A DNA stretch of 63,861 nt, the filler included, from Pseudobdellovibrionaceae bacterium (lineage in GTDB: Bacteria > Bdellovibrionota > Bdellovibrionia > Bdellovibrionales > UBA1609), in the NCBI GenBank assembly GCA_030591685.1. It is 4 parts of 4 records of this genome, joined end to end, with 100 filler letters (N's around TTAATTAATTAA, not from the genome) between each part and the next. Parts side by side here need not be neighbours in the genome. Positions count along the whole stretch, not along the records: positions 1 to 15,194 come from JAUVAX010000051.1; 3 more parts are not named here. One strand, given 5' to 3'. The translations under genes were made by a program, and so were the position numbers. The notes beneath the pieces are model-generated. The model was not told the DNA's origin, did not search any database, and worked only from the letters and a program-made list of their open reading frames with translations. Shown one piece after another: positions 1 to 9,595 of this stretch. Numbering within the stretch: the stretch's first letter is position 1; every line of letters begins with the position of its first letter.

Positions 1-2
1 AC

Positions 3-432
3 TGTGCTGCCTTCTCAGGAGGGGGTACAATAACTTATAGTTGGACAAAAGACGGTGTCTTTTACCCCGGCTCAGCGCCTTGTTTAATTGTTTCAAATGC
101 GACAGAAGGGGATCAAGGAGTTTACAGACTCACAGCAAGTAACTCGGTAAGTAGCAAAGTGGAAGTAACAGACTTAACTGTAAACGCCGGGACAGGGTCT
201 ACACCTGACAGTGAGATTACGACTGCTCAAAATCTGCATATTGCAAAAATTATTTTCGTAGGGGACAGTCTTTCAGCCGGTGATCATTGTGCTGAATTCA
301 CTGGGGGTAACATAACCTACAGTTGGACAAAAGATGGTGTTTCTTACCCCGGCACAGCTCCTTGTTTAATCGTTTCAAATGCGACAGCAGGGGATCAAGG
401 GACCTATGCACTTACCGCACGAAATTCGGTGA
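3..432 (+). repeat. Intragenic direct repeat, 285-bp (95-codon) period, encoding Ig-like domains
   Basis: nt ~3-147 match nt ~288-432 (agttggacaaaaga.ggtgt..ttaccccggc.cagc.ccttgtttaat.gtttcaaatgcgacag.aggggatcaagg). Confidence 0.9.
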
Positions 433-1151
433 ATCAAATAACTGTACAGACATATTTGACTGTATATGAAGTAACGCCTGATAACTTTACCTGTGAAAAT
501 AGTGTAGAGATTATGACCCCAACAGTTAATTTTCAATACAACGAGAGCAACAGAATTAAAGCTTACTATATGATGCTTTTCGGTCGATTTGCGCTTGAAA
601 GTGGGTTTAAATACTGGCTTGATGAAAGTAGTGCGGACACAATGTTCTCAAGTCAAATTAATCAATTTAGAAATAATGAAACAGATAAAGAAATAGTTCA
701 AGTTATTAAGGGCTACTACGGAACCCTTACGGGGACTGATTATATAAATAATATATATAAATATAACTGGGGAACAAACGCTGACTCCGGTGGGCTTAGC
801 GCTTGGTTAGGTCAGTTGAATACCAATGGGAATGATAGTGTCAATAATATCGAAGCTGACAACATAGGGGTCATTAAGACTATGTATGATGCCTTTGTTC
901 ACCTAAACTGTATGGATATAAGTAATGACCCAGGTATATTAAAAACAGTTACGATTCGGTACATGACATACACACATGCTATGAAAATGTCGCAAGAAAT
1001 AATAGACAGTGGATCTGTATACACTCGACTGGAGCTACAAACGTTCTACCGAGAGTTTGTAGCGGCATTAAGAGAAGACCTGCCGAGGTATAACAATTAT
1101 TCTCAAATGAGAGCAGGTGCAAGAATTCTTTATAATTTACATCGACCATAA
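3..1151 (+). CDS. 3' part of a surface protein with tandem Ig-like repeats and a C-terminal DUF4214-like region (5' end outside the window)
   Basis: The frame is open from nt 3 (CAAFSGGGTITYSWTKDG...). It has two Ig-like units (C...YSWTKDG...LIVSNAT.GDQG.Y.LTA.N). The C-terminal 'YYMMLFGR..ESGFKYW' and 'YINNIY...ADSGGLSAW' repeats resemble DUF4214. Confidence 0.7.
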   Translation, partial: CAAFSGGGTITYSWTKDGVFYPGSAPCLIVSNATEGDQGVYRLTASNSVSSKVEVTDLTVNAGTGSTPDSEITTAQNLHIAKIIFVGDSLSAGDHCAEFTGGNITYSWTKDGVSYPGTAPCLIVSNATAGDQGTYALTARNSVNQITVQTYLTVYEVTPDNFTCENSVEIMTPTVNFQYNESNRIKAYYMMLFGRFALESGFKYWLDESSADTMFSSQINQFRNNETDKEIVQVIKGYYGTLTGTDYINNIYKYNWGTNADSGGLSAWLGQLNTNGNDSVNNIEADNIGVIKTMYDAFVHLNCMDISNDPGILKTVTIRYMTYTHAMKMSQEIIDSGSVYTRLELQTFYREFVAALREDLPRYNNYSQMRAGARILYNLHRP

Positions 1152-1178
1152 AATTAAAGAAATGTTATAAGCGAACAT

Positions 1179-1210
1179 CTCCACTGCTAATAAGCGGTGG
1201 AGTAATATTT
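1179..1210 (+). terminator. Candidate intrinsic terminator hairpin
   Basis: ctccactgct-aata-agcggtggag forms a 10-bp stem with one G-U, 27 nt after the stop; the U-tract is weak. Confidence 0.5.
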
Positions 1211-1475
1211 TGAGGAGCACATCACCTAGGTACTGAGCTGAATACTTATAAATACCCTCGCAACAATCAAAAGCAGATCTTAAATGTCTTATTATTTGGA
1301 CTATTTGCCACGTACAAAAATGTATGCTCTTATTTAAATTATAAAAAATTTCGTAGAGTAACTACGCACATACGATTTATATAGATTTTAACAACTATTA
1401 TTTTTAGTAAATAATTATGCACTTGAATACTGGTTTTAAAAAAATATAGGGTGCTTTATAAGTAAGGAGATTTAT

Positions 1476-1982
1476 ATGGCCATTAAGTTAGACCCATTTA
1501 AGGCTATTAACTATAATACGAGTATTAAAAGAGGTATTTTAAGTAAAACGCTGGAGTACGTAGTCCCCTTTAATAGGGGGCTCGGCATTAAGATTAAAGA
1601 AATTTCAATTAAAAGGGTAGTTTTGGTTTCAAAAGACCGCTGGCGTCGTCGCAACCATGTGGGCTCAGCGCATGCCTGTTTCTTAGCCTTACTAGGGGAG
1701 TATCCAGCAGGGCTTGTGATCGCGCAAAACTTTAGTTTTGATCAATACCGAGTTATTATCAGTAATTTGCAAATGGAGTACAAAAGCCTGGCGCACGGTC
1801 GACTAACAGCGACAGCCACTCGGCCAAAAGAGTGGCCAAACATAGAGAACGGTGAGGCTTGGCTTGATATGGTCGTCCCTATTGTTGATGAAGAGGGCAA
1901 AGAGGTCGCAACAGCCACCACAAAGTGGCAAATAAAAAAATGGGATCAAGTAAAGTCAAATGAACCCAAATTGAGAACCTAA
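1476..1982 (+). CDS. Hot-dog fold thioesterase-like protein (DUF4442/PaaI-like)
   Basis: VPFN..LGIKI and RNHVGSAHACFLALLGE motifs; AAGGAG RBS. Confidence 0.75.
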   Translation: MAIKLDPFKAINYNTSIKRGILSKTLEYVVPFNRGLGIKIKEISIKRVVLVSKDRWRRRNHVGSAHACFLALLGEYPAGLVIAQNFSFDQYRVIISNLQMEYKSLAHGRLTATATRPKEWPNIENGEAWLDMVVPIVDEEGKEVATATTKWQIKKWDQVKSNEPKLRT

Positions 1983-2354
1983 AAAGGGCTCTGTAAGGTG
2001 AAGCATCAGGGATTAAATTAATTTTAAAAGGTAAGCTGAAAATCACAAAAAACTAAATACATATGAATTAAAAAAGGCAGGATTTATGAGCTTCTGTGAC
2101 GTGAACAGCATAAAGCCTAAAATCATATAGGCGTTTTTTGCTCTGACGCGATATTTACCACTGGGTATTTAGTGTAATAGAGATGAATACTGAGAAATCT
2201 TAAAAAGAGGCTAATGTGCGTATAGAGTCCCTCAACAGTTAGTTGTAAGTTTTACTTTTTAAAGAGGAAACAAAATCGGATGAATCATTTCATGATACAT
2301 CATATAAGTATATAAATTGTAGAGTGTTTTTTTAAACACTGAGGAGCCATAAAG

Positions 2355-2771
2355 ATGAGTAAAATCATATTAGGATTATTTTTTATTTTTACGTCAATGC
2401 CATCATTTGCTAATGTTTTATTTGTCCCCAGGCTTGAGGCTGAAAAGGTGTTTAACTTAGTTGTGTCAACAGGTGAGATTATTAATCACAAGGTGTATAT
2501 AGAAGACCCGAAGCAGTTTGCAAAGAGTAAGCTCGATGAGCTCAACATGTTTGAGGGGTACTCAAAACCACAAAAATACAACGCATCATCAGTAACAGCA
2601 TCTAATAAAAATTTTATTTGTAACCAGCAAAACACTTTAGTTTTTTACCCCGAATATTTTAATATAGGGCCTCTTGAGGCTTTTAAAATCATTCAAACAG
2701 GCCTAACGGGCTTTGCTGATATGTCTGTGATCGTGAGTTCATACTCTTGTTTTAAAAAAAAAATACTTTAA
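2355..2771 (+). CDS. Hypothetical secreted protein
   Basis: GAGGAG RBS, Sec signal ending SFA, two Cys. Confidence 0.7.
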   Translation: MSKIILGLFFIFTSMPSFANVLFVPRLEAEKVFNLVVSTGEIINHKVYIEDPKQFAKSKLDELNMFEGYSKPQKYNASSVTASNKNFICNQQNTLVFYPEYFNIGPLEAFKIIQTGLTGFADMSVIVSSYSCFKKKIL

Positions 2772-3501
2772 CGAACTCTCTTGAGTAAAAAATAGTCTTT
2801 ATAATAGGGCATTAGTTATAACCATAACTTGATACGTTATCTTTATGACTTTTGATTTAAATATATGGTAAGTTTAAAAAGATATGATTTGTTAGCAAGC
2901 AAGTTTTTTACTTAATTTAGAGAAAGCTAGCAGGGGGTGTAGGATTCGTTTAGGGATAATATTTTTATTTTTTGTAATTGGTGAGCTAGCCTTCACTAGG
3001 CCTATTGAGATATTATGTATTAATCATAGCTCTAATGAGAAATTTAAACAAATTACTTTTAAGAAATCTAAAGGTAACGTGTATCTTCCAGTACTAAGAA
3101 AGTATACTAAAAGACGTGACCAGTCAGATGAGCCCCTTCGGCGTGCAGTTATGACGACCTATAGAAGGCAGAGGGTTAAAATACAGTCAAAGGACCTTAA
3201 GGTGTCATTTTTGAAAATATCAAAAACTGACCCCTCGAAAAATGCGAGTGTTTCAATAGGTAAGTATGGGTACCGGTCGATTCAGTGGTCCTGCAAAGGG
3301 TACTTTAACTAGGCTGATTATTTTACCTGACAATATTTTAGCTAATTTTGGGTCTATTTTAACTTATTTTCACACCTTCTTTTTTTGGCCTAAAAATGTG
3401 CTAAAATGCTTTTTTGATTAATTAAGTCAAACGGTTATAGAAAAATTCGACCACTTGTTCATTGAGCAGCAGTAGGTCATTAATAATAAAAGGAAAAGCA
3501 A

Positions 3502-3936
3502 ATGAAAGCACTATTCACACTACTATTTATGCTTACAGTTACAGGAACTATGCATCAAGCCTTGGGGCACGAAACAGGTGGAGATATTTTTGGCTTAGCC
3601 AACAAAAAACCTGTTTTAGGTGATATTGAGGCTGAGTACATGTTTGGCCTAATCCCCCAAGACCCGGTGGTTGTTTTTAAAAATAAAAAATCTACAAAAC
3701 AAATCATGAAAGAAAGAGAAGTAGAGATTAACCGTGCGGCAAGGGACCCTCAGGTGAGAGGTACCGGAGTGAGTGTACTTCTTGAGTCTGTGGTAAAAGA
3801 AGATGAAATTTATAGATGTTTTGAAAATAAAATTTTAACAGGTGCTGAAACAGATAGGCTTGGGCTCAATAGAAAGATCATTTCGTTTAATTATATATGC
3901 ATACTAAAGCCCTTTACGTACCCGAAGCATCTATAA
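3502..3936 (+). CDS. Hypothetical secreted protein
   Basis: AAGGA RBS, Sec-like signal peptide, two Cys near the C-terminus. Confidence 0.7.
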   Translation: MKALFTLLFMLTVTGTMHQALGHETGGDIFGLANKKPVLGDIEAEYMFGLIPQDPVVVFKNKKSTKQIMKEREVEINRAARDPQVRGTGVSVLLESVVKEDEIYRCFENKILTGAETDRLGLNRKIISFNYICILKPFTYPKHL

Positions 3937-4033
3937 ACACTTTGTATTGCATTAAAGGAAGGCATTATGAGTGCTGTAAACCAGTAGGTATATATTAGAA
4001 ATTCTTTATTTTTTCAGTGTAGGGTAATAAGTA

Positions 4034-4624
4034 ATGGTAAGTAAAAAAAAGCGCTGCCCCTGGTGCGAGTCAAGCCCGCTCTATGTGGACTACCATGATA
4101 AAGAATGGGGAGTCCCCGTTTACAATGACAAAAAACTATTTGAATTTATCACCCTCGAAGGGGCTCAGGCCGGGTTAAGTTGGTTAACTATTTTAAAAAG
4201 ACGAGAGGGGTACTTAAAAGCCTTTGAAGGGTTTGATGTTGACAAAATATCCAATTATAAAGCACGAAAAATCAACTCAATACTTAAAGACGCTGGGGTT
4301 ATAAGAAATAAGCTAAAAGTGAACTCTGTTGTTAAAAATGCTCAGGCTTTTATCAAAATTCAAAAAGAATTTGGTAGTTTTTCAAAATATCAGTGGTCAT
4401 TTGTTGGGGGGCAACCCATTCAAAATAAGTTTAGTAAAATGAGCCAGTTGCCCACAAAAACTGAAATTTCAGATGGCTTTAGTAAGGACTTAAAAAAACG
4501 AGGGTTCAGTTTTGTGGGCTCAACCATTATTTATGCATACATGCAGGCGACAGGCATGGTTAACGACCACGTAATCGGCTGTTTTCGTCACTCACAATTA
4601 AAAAAAATAAAACCCCGTGCCTAA
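4034..4624 (+). CDS. tag: DNA-3-methyladenine glycosylase I
   Basis: RCPW, YHDKEWG, LEGAQAGLSW and MQATGMVNDH...C motifs. Confidence 0.96.
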   Translation: MVSKKKRCPWCESSPLYVDYHDKEWGVPVYNDKKLFEFITLEGAQAGLSWLTILKRREGYLKAFEGFDVDKISNYKARKINSILKDAGVIRNKLKVNSVVKNAQAFIKIQKEFGSFSKYQWSFVGGQPIQNKFSKMSQLPTKTEISDGFSKDLKKRGFSFVGSTIIYAYMQATGMVNDHVIGCFRHSQLKKIKPRA

Positions 4625-5066
4625 AAAGCAATTTGGCCTTCGGTGGGCTTTTGAGACCTTTGAAGAGGACCCCTCTTTTTACTCTAAAGGAATGTTTGGT
4701 GGGTTAGCCGCCTATGTTCATGATAAAATGGTGATGCTTCTTATGGAAACCCCCGGTGAGCAAGAGTACCGAGGGGAAAAGTACCCCTTTGATATTTGGA
4801 ATGGAATACTGCTGCCCACTGAGCGTGAGTATCATGAAAGTTTACAAAATGAGTTTAATAATTTATGTCAGCACCCCGTTTTAGGAAAATGGCTTTACCT
4901 AAAAATGGAGGACCCTGATTTTGAGCCCACGATTAATACTATATCGTCATTGATTTGTAAAAATGACCCGCGTTTTGGTGTTTATCCTAAGTTAAAAAAA
5001 ACCAAAATAAAGAAAAAAGCAAAAAAAACTAATAAAAAGAAAATTAAAGTCAAAATATTTAAATAG
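4617..5066 (+). CDS. TfoX N-terminal-like domain protein with a Lys-rich tail
   Basis: KGMFGGLAAY motif; overlaps the tag stop codon. Confidence 0.6.
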   Translation: MPKKQFGLRWAFETFEEDPSFYSKGMFGGLAAYVHDKMVMLLMETPGEQEYRGEKYPFDIWNGILLPTEREYHESLQNEFNNLCQHPVLGKWLYLKMEDPDFEPTINTISSLICKNDPRFGVYPKLKKTKIKKKAKKTNKKKIKVKIFK

Positions 5067-5092
5067 CCCCCGAGTTTTTAAAAAATAAGTAT

Positions 5093-5593
5093 TTAATAAG
5101 AGCTATGGGTCGTTCGGAAAAGGGGCTGTAGGTCTTTTGCGGAATGAAGCGAAGAGGCATAGGAGCCGGTGATATACCTTGTCAGTTCAATAACTAGGTC
5201 TTCTTTTTCTTCAAGAAGTGCCGTTGCGGCGTCCTTCATGCTGATAAAGGCTAGTAGATTTTCATTGTTATTAAAAACAGGGATGTGATTTACTTTTTGA
5301 AGCGCCATGATGGCCAGGCACTGTTTAAGCCCGTACTCTGGTGTGACGTAAATAATTTTATCACACATGACGTCACAAATAAGAGTGTTTTTTGACGAGC
5401 GCCCTTTTAAAATAATATTTCGAGCGTAGTCGCCTTCGCTAAACACACCCACAACGCTATTATTTGAGATCACTAAAGTAGAGCTAACATCGTGGTCTGA
5501 AAATATCCTTATGGCACTAATAACAGTGTCCGTGGGTTTGACTGAGATGATTTTTTGAGGCCCATTTTTTTTTATAAACTCACCCACCTTCAT
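5093..5593 (-). CDS. Tandem CBS domain protein
   Basis: VGVFSEGDYAR, V.P...L..C...M...HIPV; AGGAG RBS. Confidence 0.9.
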   Translation of the reverse strand: MKVGEFIKKNGPQKIISVKPTDTVISAIRIFSDHDVSSTLVISNNSVVGVFSEGDYARNIILKGRSSKNTLICDVMCDKIIYVTPEYGLKQCLAIMALQKVNHIPVFNNNENLLAFISMKDAATALLEEKEDLVIELTRYITGSYASSLHSAKDLQPLFRTTHSSY

Positions 5594-5888
5594 ATTAAAA
5601 CTCCTTTTTTATGAAGAATATTACTTGAGCTTACTCGTAAATATTTAATCTGGGTTGGTATTTTTAGGGGTGATGAGTACTTAAGGCGATCTGAAAGCTA
5701 AATATTTCAAAATTAACGTTTGCACGTTAATATAACATATTGCAATACACATGGTGCGTAGAGATTTATCGACCCTTTTAGTATTTCTAAATTATAGTAC
5801 CCGCCTTAGATGCACTGCGGATACTAATAATAACCCCAACTCACTTATTATAAACTCATAATGTGCATTTTTTTGTAAGAGGTTTGAT

Positions 5889-6707
5889 GTGTACTATAAA
5901 CTAGCGCTTTTGATTGTAGTTTTAATTTCATTTGTTGGTTGCGAAGCTAAAAATCAATTTGATAAGAGCATTAGGCTTCAAAAGTCTATTCAACAGCTGG
6001 TATCTTATGAACAGTATTGCAAAGAGGTTTCAAAAAAAGTACTAGATATGTGTGGCCCTCGGGTGCTTCAAAAGCCCTGCGTGTTAACGAATAAAAAGGC
6101 AATTAAAAGTGCTTTAAATATAATTGAGCAATCTCCACAGTTAAAATCTAATTATTTTGATATTATTAAGTCATTTCACACGTTAACACGAGTGAACAGA
6201 AAAACAATTTTAGAGTTTCACCGTTTAAGTCGTTACGCTTGTTGGAAGGGGGCTCATAATAGGCTCTGGAGAGGGCTTGTGTACGGGGCAAAGGCCAAGC
6301 CATTATCATTAGTTAATAAAGAGCGATTTAAAAGTGTTTTAAAAAACCATTATGAGCACAAAGAAACCCTAGAGGTCTCACTTTTAGGCTTGAGCTTTGA
6401 TTTTGATAATCTTAAAAAAATTACAACTCTTAAGTTTTTAAATTTACCTCATAATGCCACAAAATCCTTAAGCCCGCTTATAGTAAGATTTGAAAAGTCT
6501 CGCCATCTTTTAATTAAAAAATCGGCTCACATATTTGATCAACTGCCTACAGGTGACTTGAAAAATGGCGATTCACCAAAAAAACTCGATGAGTACAGTT
6601 TTAATGTTGAAAATATGAAGGAGCAATATCAAAAAGAGTATAAGCAAGCCCTTGTATTTAGATCTCAGTTAAGGCAGTGGATCGATCTATTTTTGCTAAA
6701 AATTTAG
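5889..6707 (+). CDS. Hypothetical lipoprotein
   Basis: Lipobox FVGC after a hydrophobic stretch; GAGG RBS. Confidence 0.65.
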   Translation: MYYKLALLIVVLISFVGCEAKNQFDKSIRLQKSIQQLVSYEQYCKEVSKKVLDMCGPRVLQKPCVLTNKKAIKSALNIIEQSPQLKSNYFDIIKSFHTLTRVNRKTILEFHRLSRYACWKGAHNRLWRGLVYGAKAKPLSLVNKERFKSVLKNHYEHKETLEVSLLGLSFDFDNLKKITTLKFLNLPHNATKSLSPLIVRFEKSRHLLIKKSAHIFDQLPTGDLKNGDSPKKLDEYSFNVENMKEQYQKEYKQALVFRSQLRQWIDLFLLKI

Positions 6708-6738
6708 TGTTTCTAATATTTTAAATATCACCGTCCCC

Positions 6739-7494
6739 TTATGTGTGACCTGAGTTTTCGATTTGAGTCGGGTTCAACTTATAAGAAAAGGTAGATTCTC
6801 TTTTGCCACAAAACCCTGACTTTTTAGTTATAACAAAATTATTGGCTTTGAGGGCGCGCTTTAGGGCCCCTGTAGAGGCATAGCTGGCGAAACTGCAAGT
6901 TTGCGCAGAGGCCTTTTTTAAAAATGAATTGATAAACTCGGGCTGCCAAAAATTAGCATCTAATTTTGAACTAAAAAAATCATATAATATACAGTTAAAG
7001 GGACTTTCAAAATCAGTACTCTCACTGAGGGCTTTATTGAGTACCAGGTGTTTATTTTGAAATAAATCTTGTAAGTAGCCTTTGACCTTGTAGGCACTCA
7101 CTTTTTGTTGCTCGCAAACCTTATTTAAGTTTTGTTTATATAAATCAAATAATTCGTTTGATTCGCTACTTTTTGTTAACCAATGAGTTAACGAGTCTGT
7201 AAGCCACTTTTCAGACTCGTAACTTTCGATACACACTTGCTTTAGAGGGAGGTTTTGTTTTACACACTCTGAGGCCATGATAAACTCGTTGATACCCGTG
7301 CCTAGGCCTATAGATAAGGCTCTTAGTGCCCCCGTTTTTTCAAGAGCCCATGTGGCAGCAGGGAGGTAAATATAAAGGCTCTCCTCTACGGCTCCACCAG
7401 AGTGGTGCATCGCCTCGCTGCGCCCCTGCTTTGAGCTATAGATGAGGCTTAGGCTGCCATCGTCAGTTCTTACAATTTGATAGTTGTTTTTCAT
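6739..7494 (-). CDS. mnmD: Stand-alone MnmC2/MnmD-type tRNA mnm5s2U34 methyltransferase
   Basis: T.DGS.SL, E.MHH.GGA.EES..IY, IGLGTGIN, LYDFFS...W and GF.GKRE motifs; no FAD oxidoreductase domain. Confidence 0.8.
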   Translation of the reverse strand: MKNNYQIVRTDDGSLSLIYSSKQGRSEAMHHSGGAVEESLYIYLPAATWALEKTGALRALSIGLGTGINEFIMASECVKQNLPLKQVCIESYESEKWLTDSLTHWLTKSSESNELFDLYKQNLNKVCEQQKVSAYKVKGYLQDLFQNKHLVLNKALSESTDFESPFNCILYDFFSSKLDANFWQPEFINSFLKKASAQTCSFASYASTGALKRALKANNFVITKKSGFCGKRESTFSYKLNPTQIENSGHT

Positions 7495-7548
7495 TCAAAA
7501 ACCTTAGTTTTCTTGCCTTTTGGTTTAAGTTTACTTAAAACAGCTAAT

Positions 7549-8517
7549 ATGCCTGAACAAGAAATGCAAGAAAAACAGAAAAAAGCCAAATGGGGCCATT
7601 TACCCTATTATCCGATTAGTGATTTTTATAAGGGTTTTTTTGGTGAAAAGGTTTATAAGGTGCCGATTAGTGTGCCTGGCACCTGCCCTAATCGTGAGGG
7701 CCTAAATGGCATGCAGGTTTGTAATTTTTGTGACGAGTGGGGTTCAGCAGCTCACCCCGAGAACCGCCACATGACTCTTTTAGAGCAAATTAATAATAAC
7801 AAAAAATTTATTGCACAGCGAACTAAAGCTCAAAAATTTTTAGCCTATTTTCAATCATATACTTTTTCATTTTCAAGAGTTTTGAGTTTAAGGGAGTATT
7901 TTGAGAAAGCTATAGGGGTGCCGGACATTTGTGGTTTTGTTGTCGGGACAAGGCCCGACTGTGTGTCTGATTCGGTATTAGATTTATGGAATGAATATAA
8001 TGAAAAACTACCAGTTTTTATTGAGTTCGGAGTGCAGAGCTTTAACGATGACATCCTTAGCTGGATGAAGAGGGGCCACACGGCCAAAAAATCAATCTGG
8101 GCCTTAGAGCGTTTGCAAAAAAAAGCACCGGCCGTAAACGTAGGTATACATTTAATTTTTGGCAGCCCTAACGAATCAGATGCTGAAATTATTGAAACAG
8201 CAAAAAGGGTCAATAGCTTGCCTATTCATAATGTAAAACTACACAACCTGCATGTACTTAAGGGCACTCCCTTAGAGGGTGATTTTAATAACAATTTATT
8301 TACCCCCATTGAAATGGATGAGTACGCACGCCGGGTCACCTTGTTTATTCAGCATTTAAGCCCTAATATACCTATACATAGGCTCTCAGCACTTTCAGGC
8401 CGCACTGAGGAGCTTATAGCTCCCTCATGGACCGGCGATAAAATGCGTAGCTATCAGTATATGATTGACCACCTTAATGCTCATAATGCCTTTCAGGGGC
8501 AGCTCTATAAGCTCTAA
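7549..8517 (+). CDS. TIGR01212 family radical SAM protein (YhcC/YtqA-like)
   Basis: CPNREGLNGMQVCNFC (CX11CX2C), YFQ, GTRPDC and VKLHNLHVLKGT motifs. The ATG at 7549 is preferred over the TTG at 7477, which overlaps mnmD. Confidence 0.9.
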   Translation: MPEQEMQEKQKKAKWGHLPYYPISDFYKGFFGEKVYKVPISVPGTCPNREGLNGMQVCNFCDEWGSAAHPENRHMTLLEQINNNKKFIAQRTKAQKFLAYFQSYTFSFSRVLSLREYFEKAIGVPDICGFVVGTRPDCVSDSVLDLWNEYNEKLPVFIEFGVQSFNDDILSWMKRGHTAKKSIWALERLQKKAPAVNVGIHLIFGSPNESDAEIIETAKRVNSLPIHNVKLHNLHVLKGTPLEGDFNNNLFTPIEMDEYARRVTLFIQHLSPNIPIHRLSALSGRTEELIAPSWTGDKMRSYQYMIDHLNAHNAFQGQLYKL

Positions 8518-8752
8518 AATTATTATAAACCCCCTTATAGAGTACAGTTGAGTACAAACTAAAATTCAAAAAAAGGCATCTTGCTGGTTAACTATTAGAC
8601 GATTATAGGTTTAATGTGAAATTTCTCCACATTGTAAGTGTTTGATCTTTTTGGTATAAATACCTATAAATGTTAATTCTCGTGTGGTCGGCGCCATGGG
8701 GCTTTGAGGGCTTCGGTGAGAACAATAAGTATTCTCTTAATATAAAAAAGTA

Positions 8753-9595
8753 ATGGGAGTTTTTTTGTACTTTAAACCTGTGATTTTTACTATTATGGCC
8801 TTTGGCCTTTCGGTATCAACGGCCTTCGCTGATGAGAATGACATTTATCGAGAAATGTACGACATTCTCAATAGAATAGAGCGATCTACGAGCCTCAGTG
8901 AGAGTGATTATTTAGATCGCCTTCTTAAGCATAAAATTTTATCGGCTAAAGAGGATAATTTTAAATCTAAAGAGAAAATTAAACACCTTGAGAACAGTGC
9001 TCAGTATGACTCTGGAGTTGACTTTATATACGGACAATCTTTTTTAAAAAAGGGGCTTCCTAAGATTTTGTCAGAATACGGCCCTCAGAGAGTTTCATAT
9101 ATATTTATTGATTTAGATCACCTTAAAAATTTAAACTCTACCTACGGACATAATAACACTGATGAGGTGCTGCTTCGTTTTGCTCAAAGGGTCAATAAGG
9201 TTTTATTAACAAGCACCAGGGATCATGAGGGTTACTTTGGTCGAAACGGTGGTGATGAGTTTTATATGATTTTATTAAACTCTCCAGAGTCTCGGGTGGT
9301 TCAAGTGGCTAAAAAAATAAAAAGTGCACTGAGTAGTTACGACTCCATATTTAAGGGTTTAGATAAGGAGCCTTCTAACAAAATTGAAGAGGGACAGAGG
9401 TATGATAAGGCTACCGTGAGTGTAACGATGGGGATAGACTCTAAACGCATTGACCCCACTGATATGAGCACTAATGATATGGAGCGAACACTAAAGGATT
9501 TAAGTTTTCGTTCAGATCAGGCCATGTATGAAGGTAAAATGCAAGCGCGTGGGTCAATACGAGTCGCCAAGTACTGCTCTAAAATATTTAACTAA
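8753..9595 (+). CDS. GGDEF domain protein (putative diguanylate cyclase) with an N-terminal signal peptide
   Basis: IDLDHLKNLN.TYGH...D, RNGGDEF and SDQAMYEGK motifs; the N-terminal hydrophobic stretch ends AFA|DE. Confidence 0.85.
   Translation: MGVFLYFKPVIFTIMAFGLSVSTAFADENDIYREMYDILNRIERSTSLSESDYLDRLLKHKILSAKEDNFKSKEKIKHLENSAQYDSGVDFIYGQSFLKKGLPKILSEYGPQRVSYIFIDLDHLKNLNSTYGHNNTDEVLLRFAQRVNKVLLTSTRDHEGYFGRNGGDEFYMILLNSPESRVVQVAKKIKSALSSYDSIFKGLDKEPSNKIEEGQRYDKATVSVTMGIDSKRIDPTDMSTNDMERTLKDLSFRSDQAMYEGKMQARGSIRVAKYCSKIFN

Noticed and set aside
3079..3312. 77-aa ORF or possible ncRNA in a long intergenic region
   Set aside because: It has a GTG start with a weak RBS, no protein motif and no recognisable riboswitch or RNA structure.
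7851..8213. Antisense and alternate-frame ORFs in the track (e.g. 7851-8213, 24858-25205, 45060-45404, 48903-49302, 58429-58746, 63188-63520)
   Set aside because: They are shadows of well-supported genes, with no RBS or motifs.
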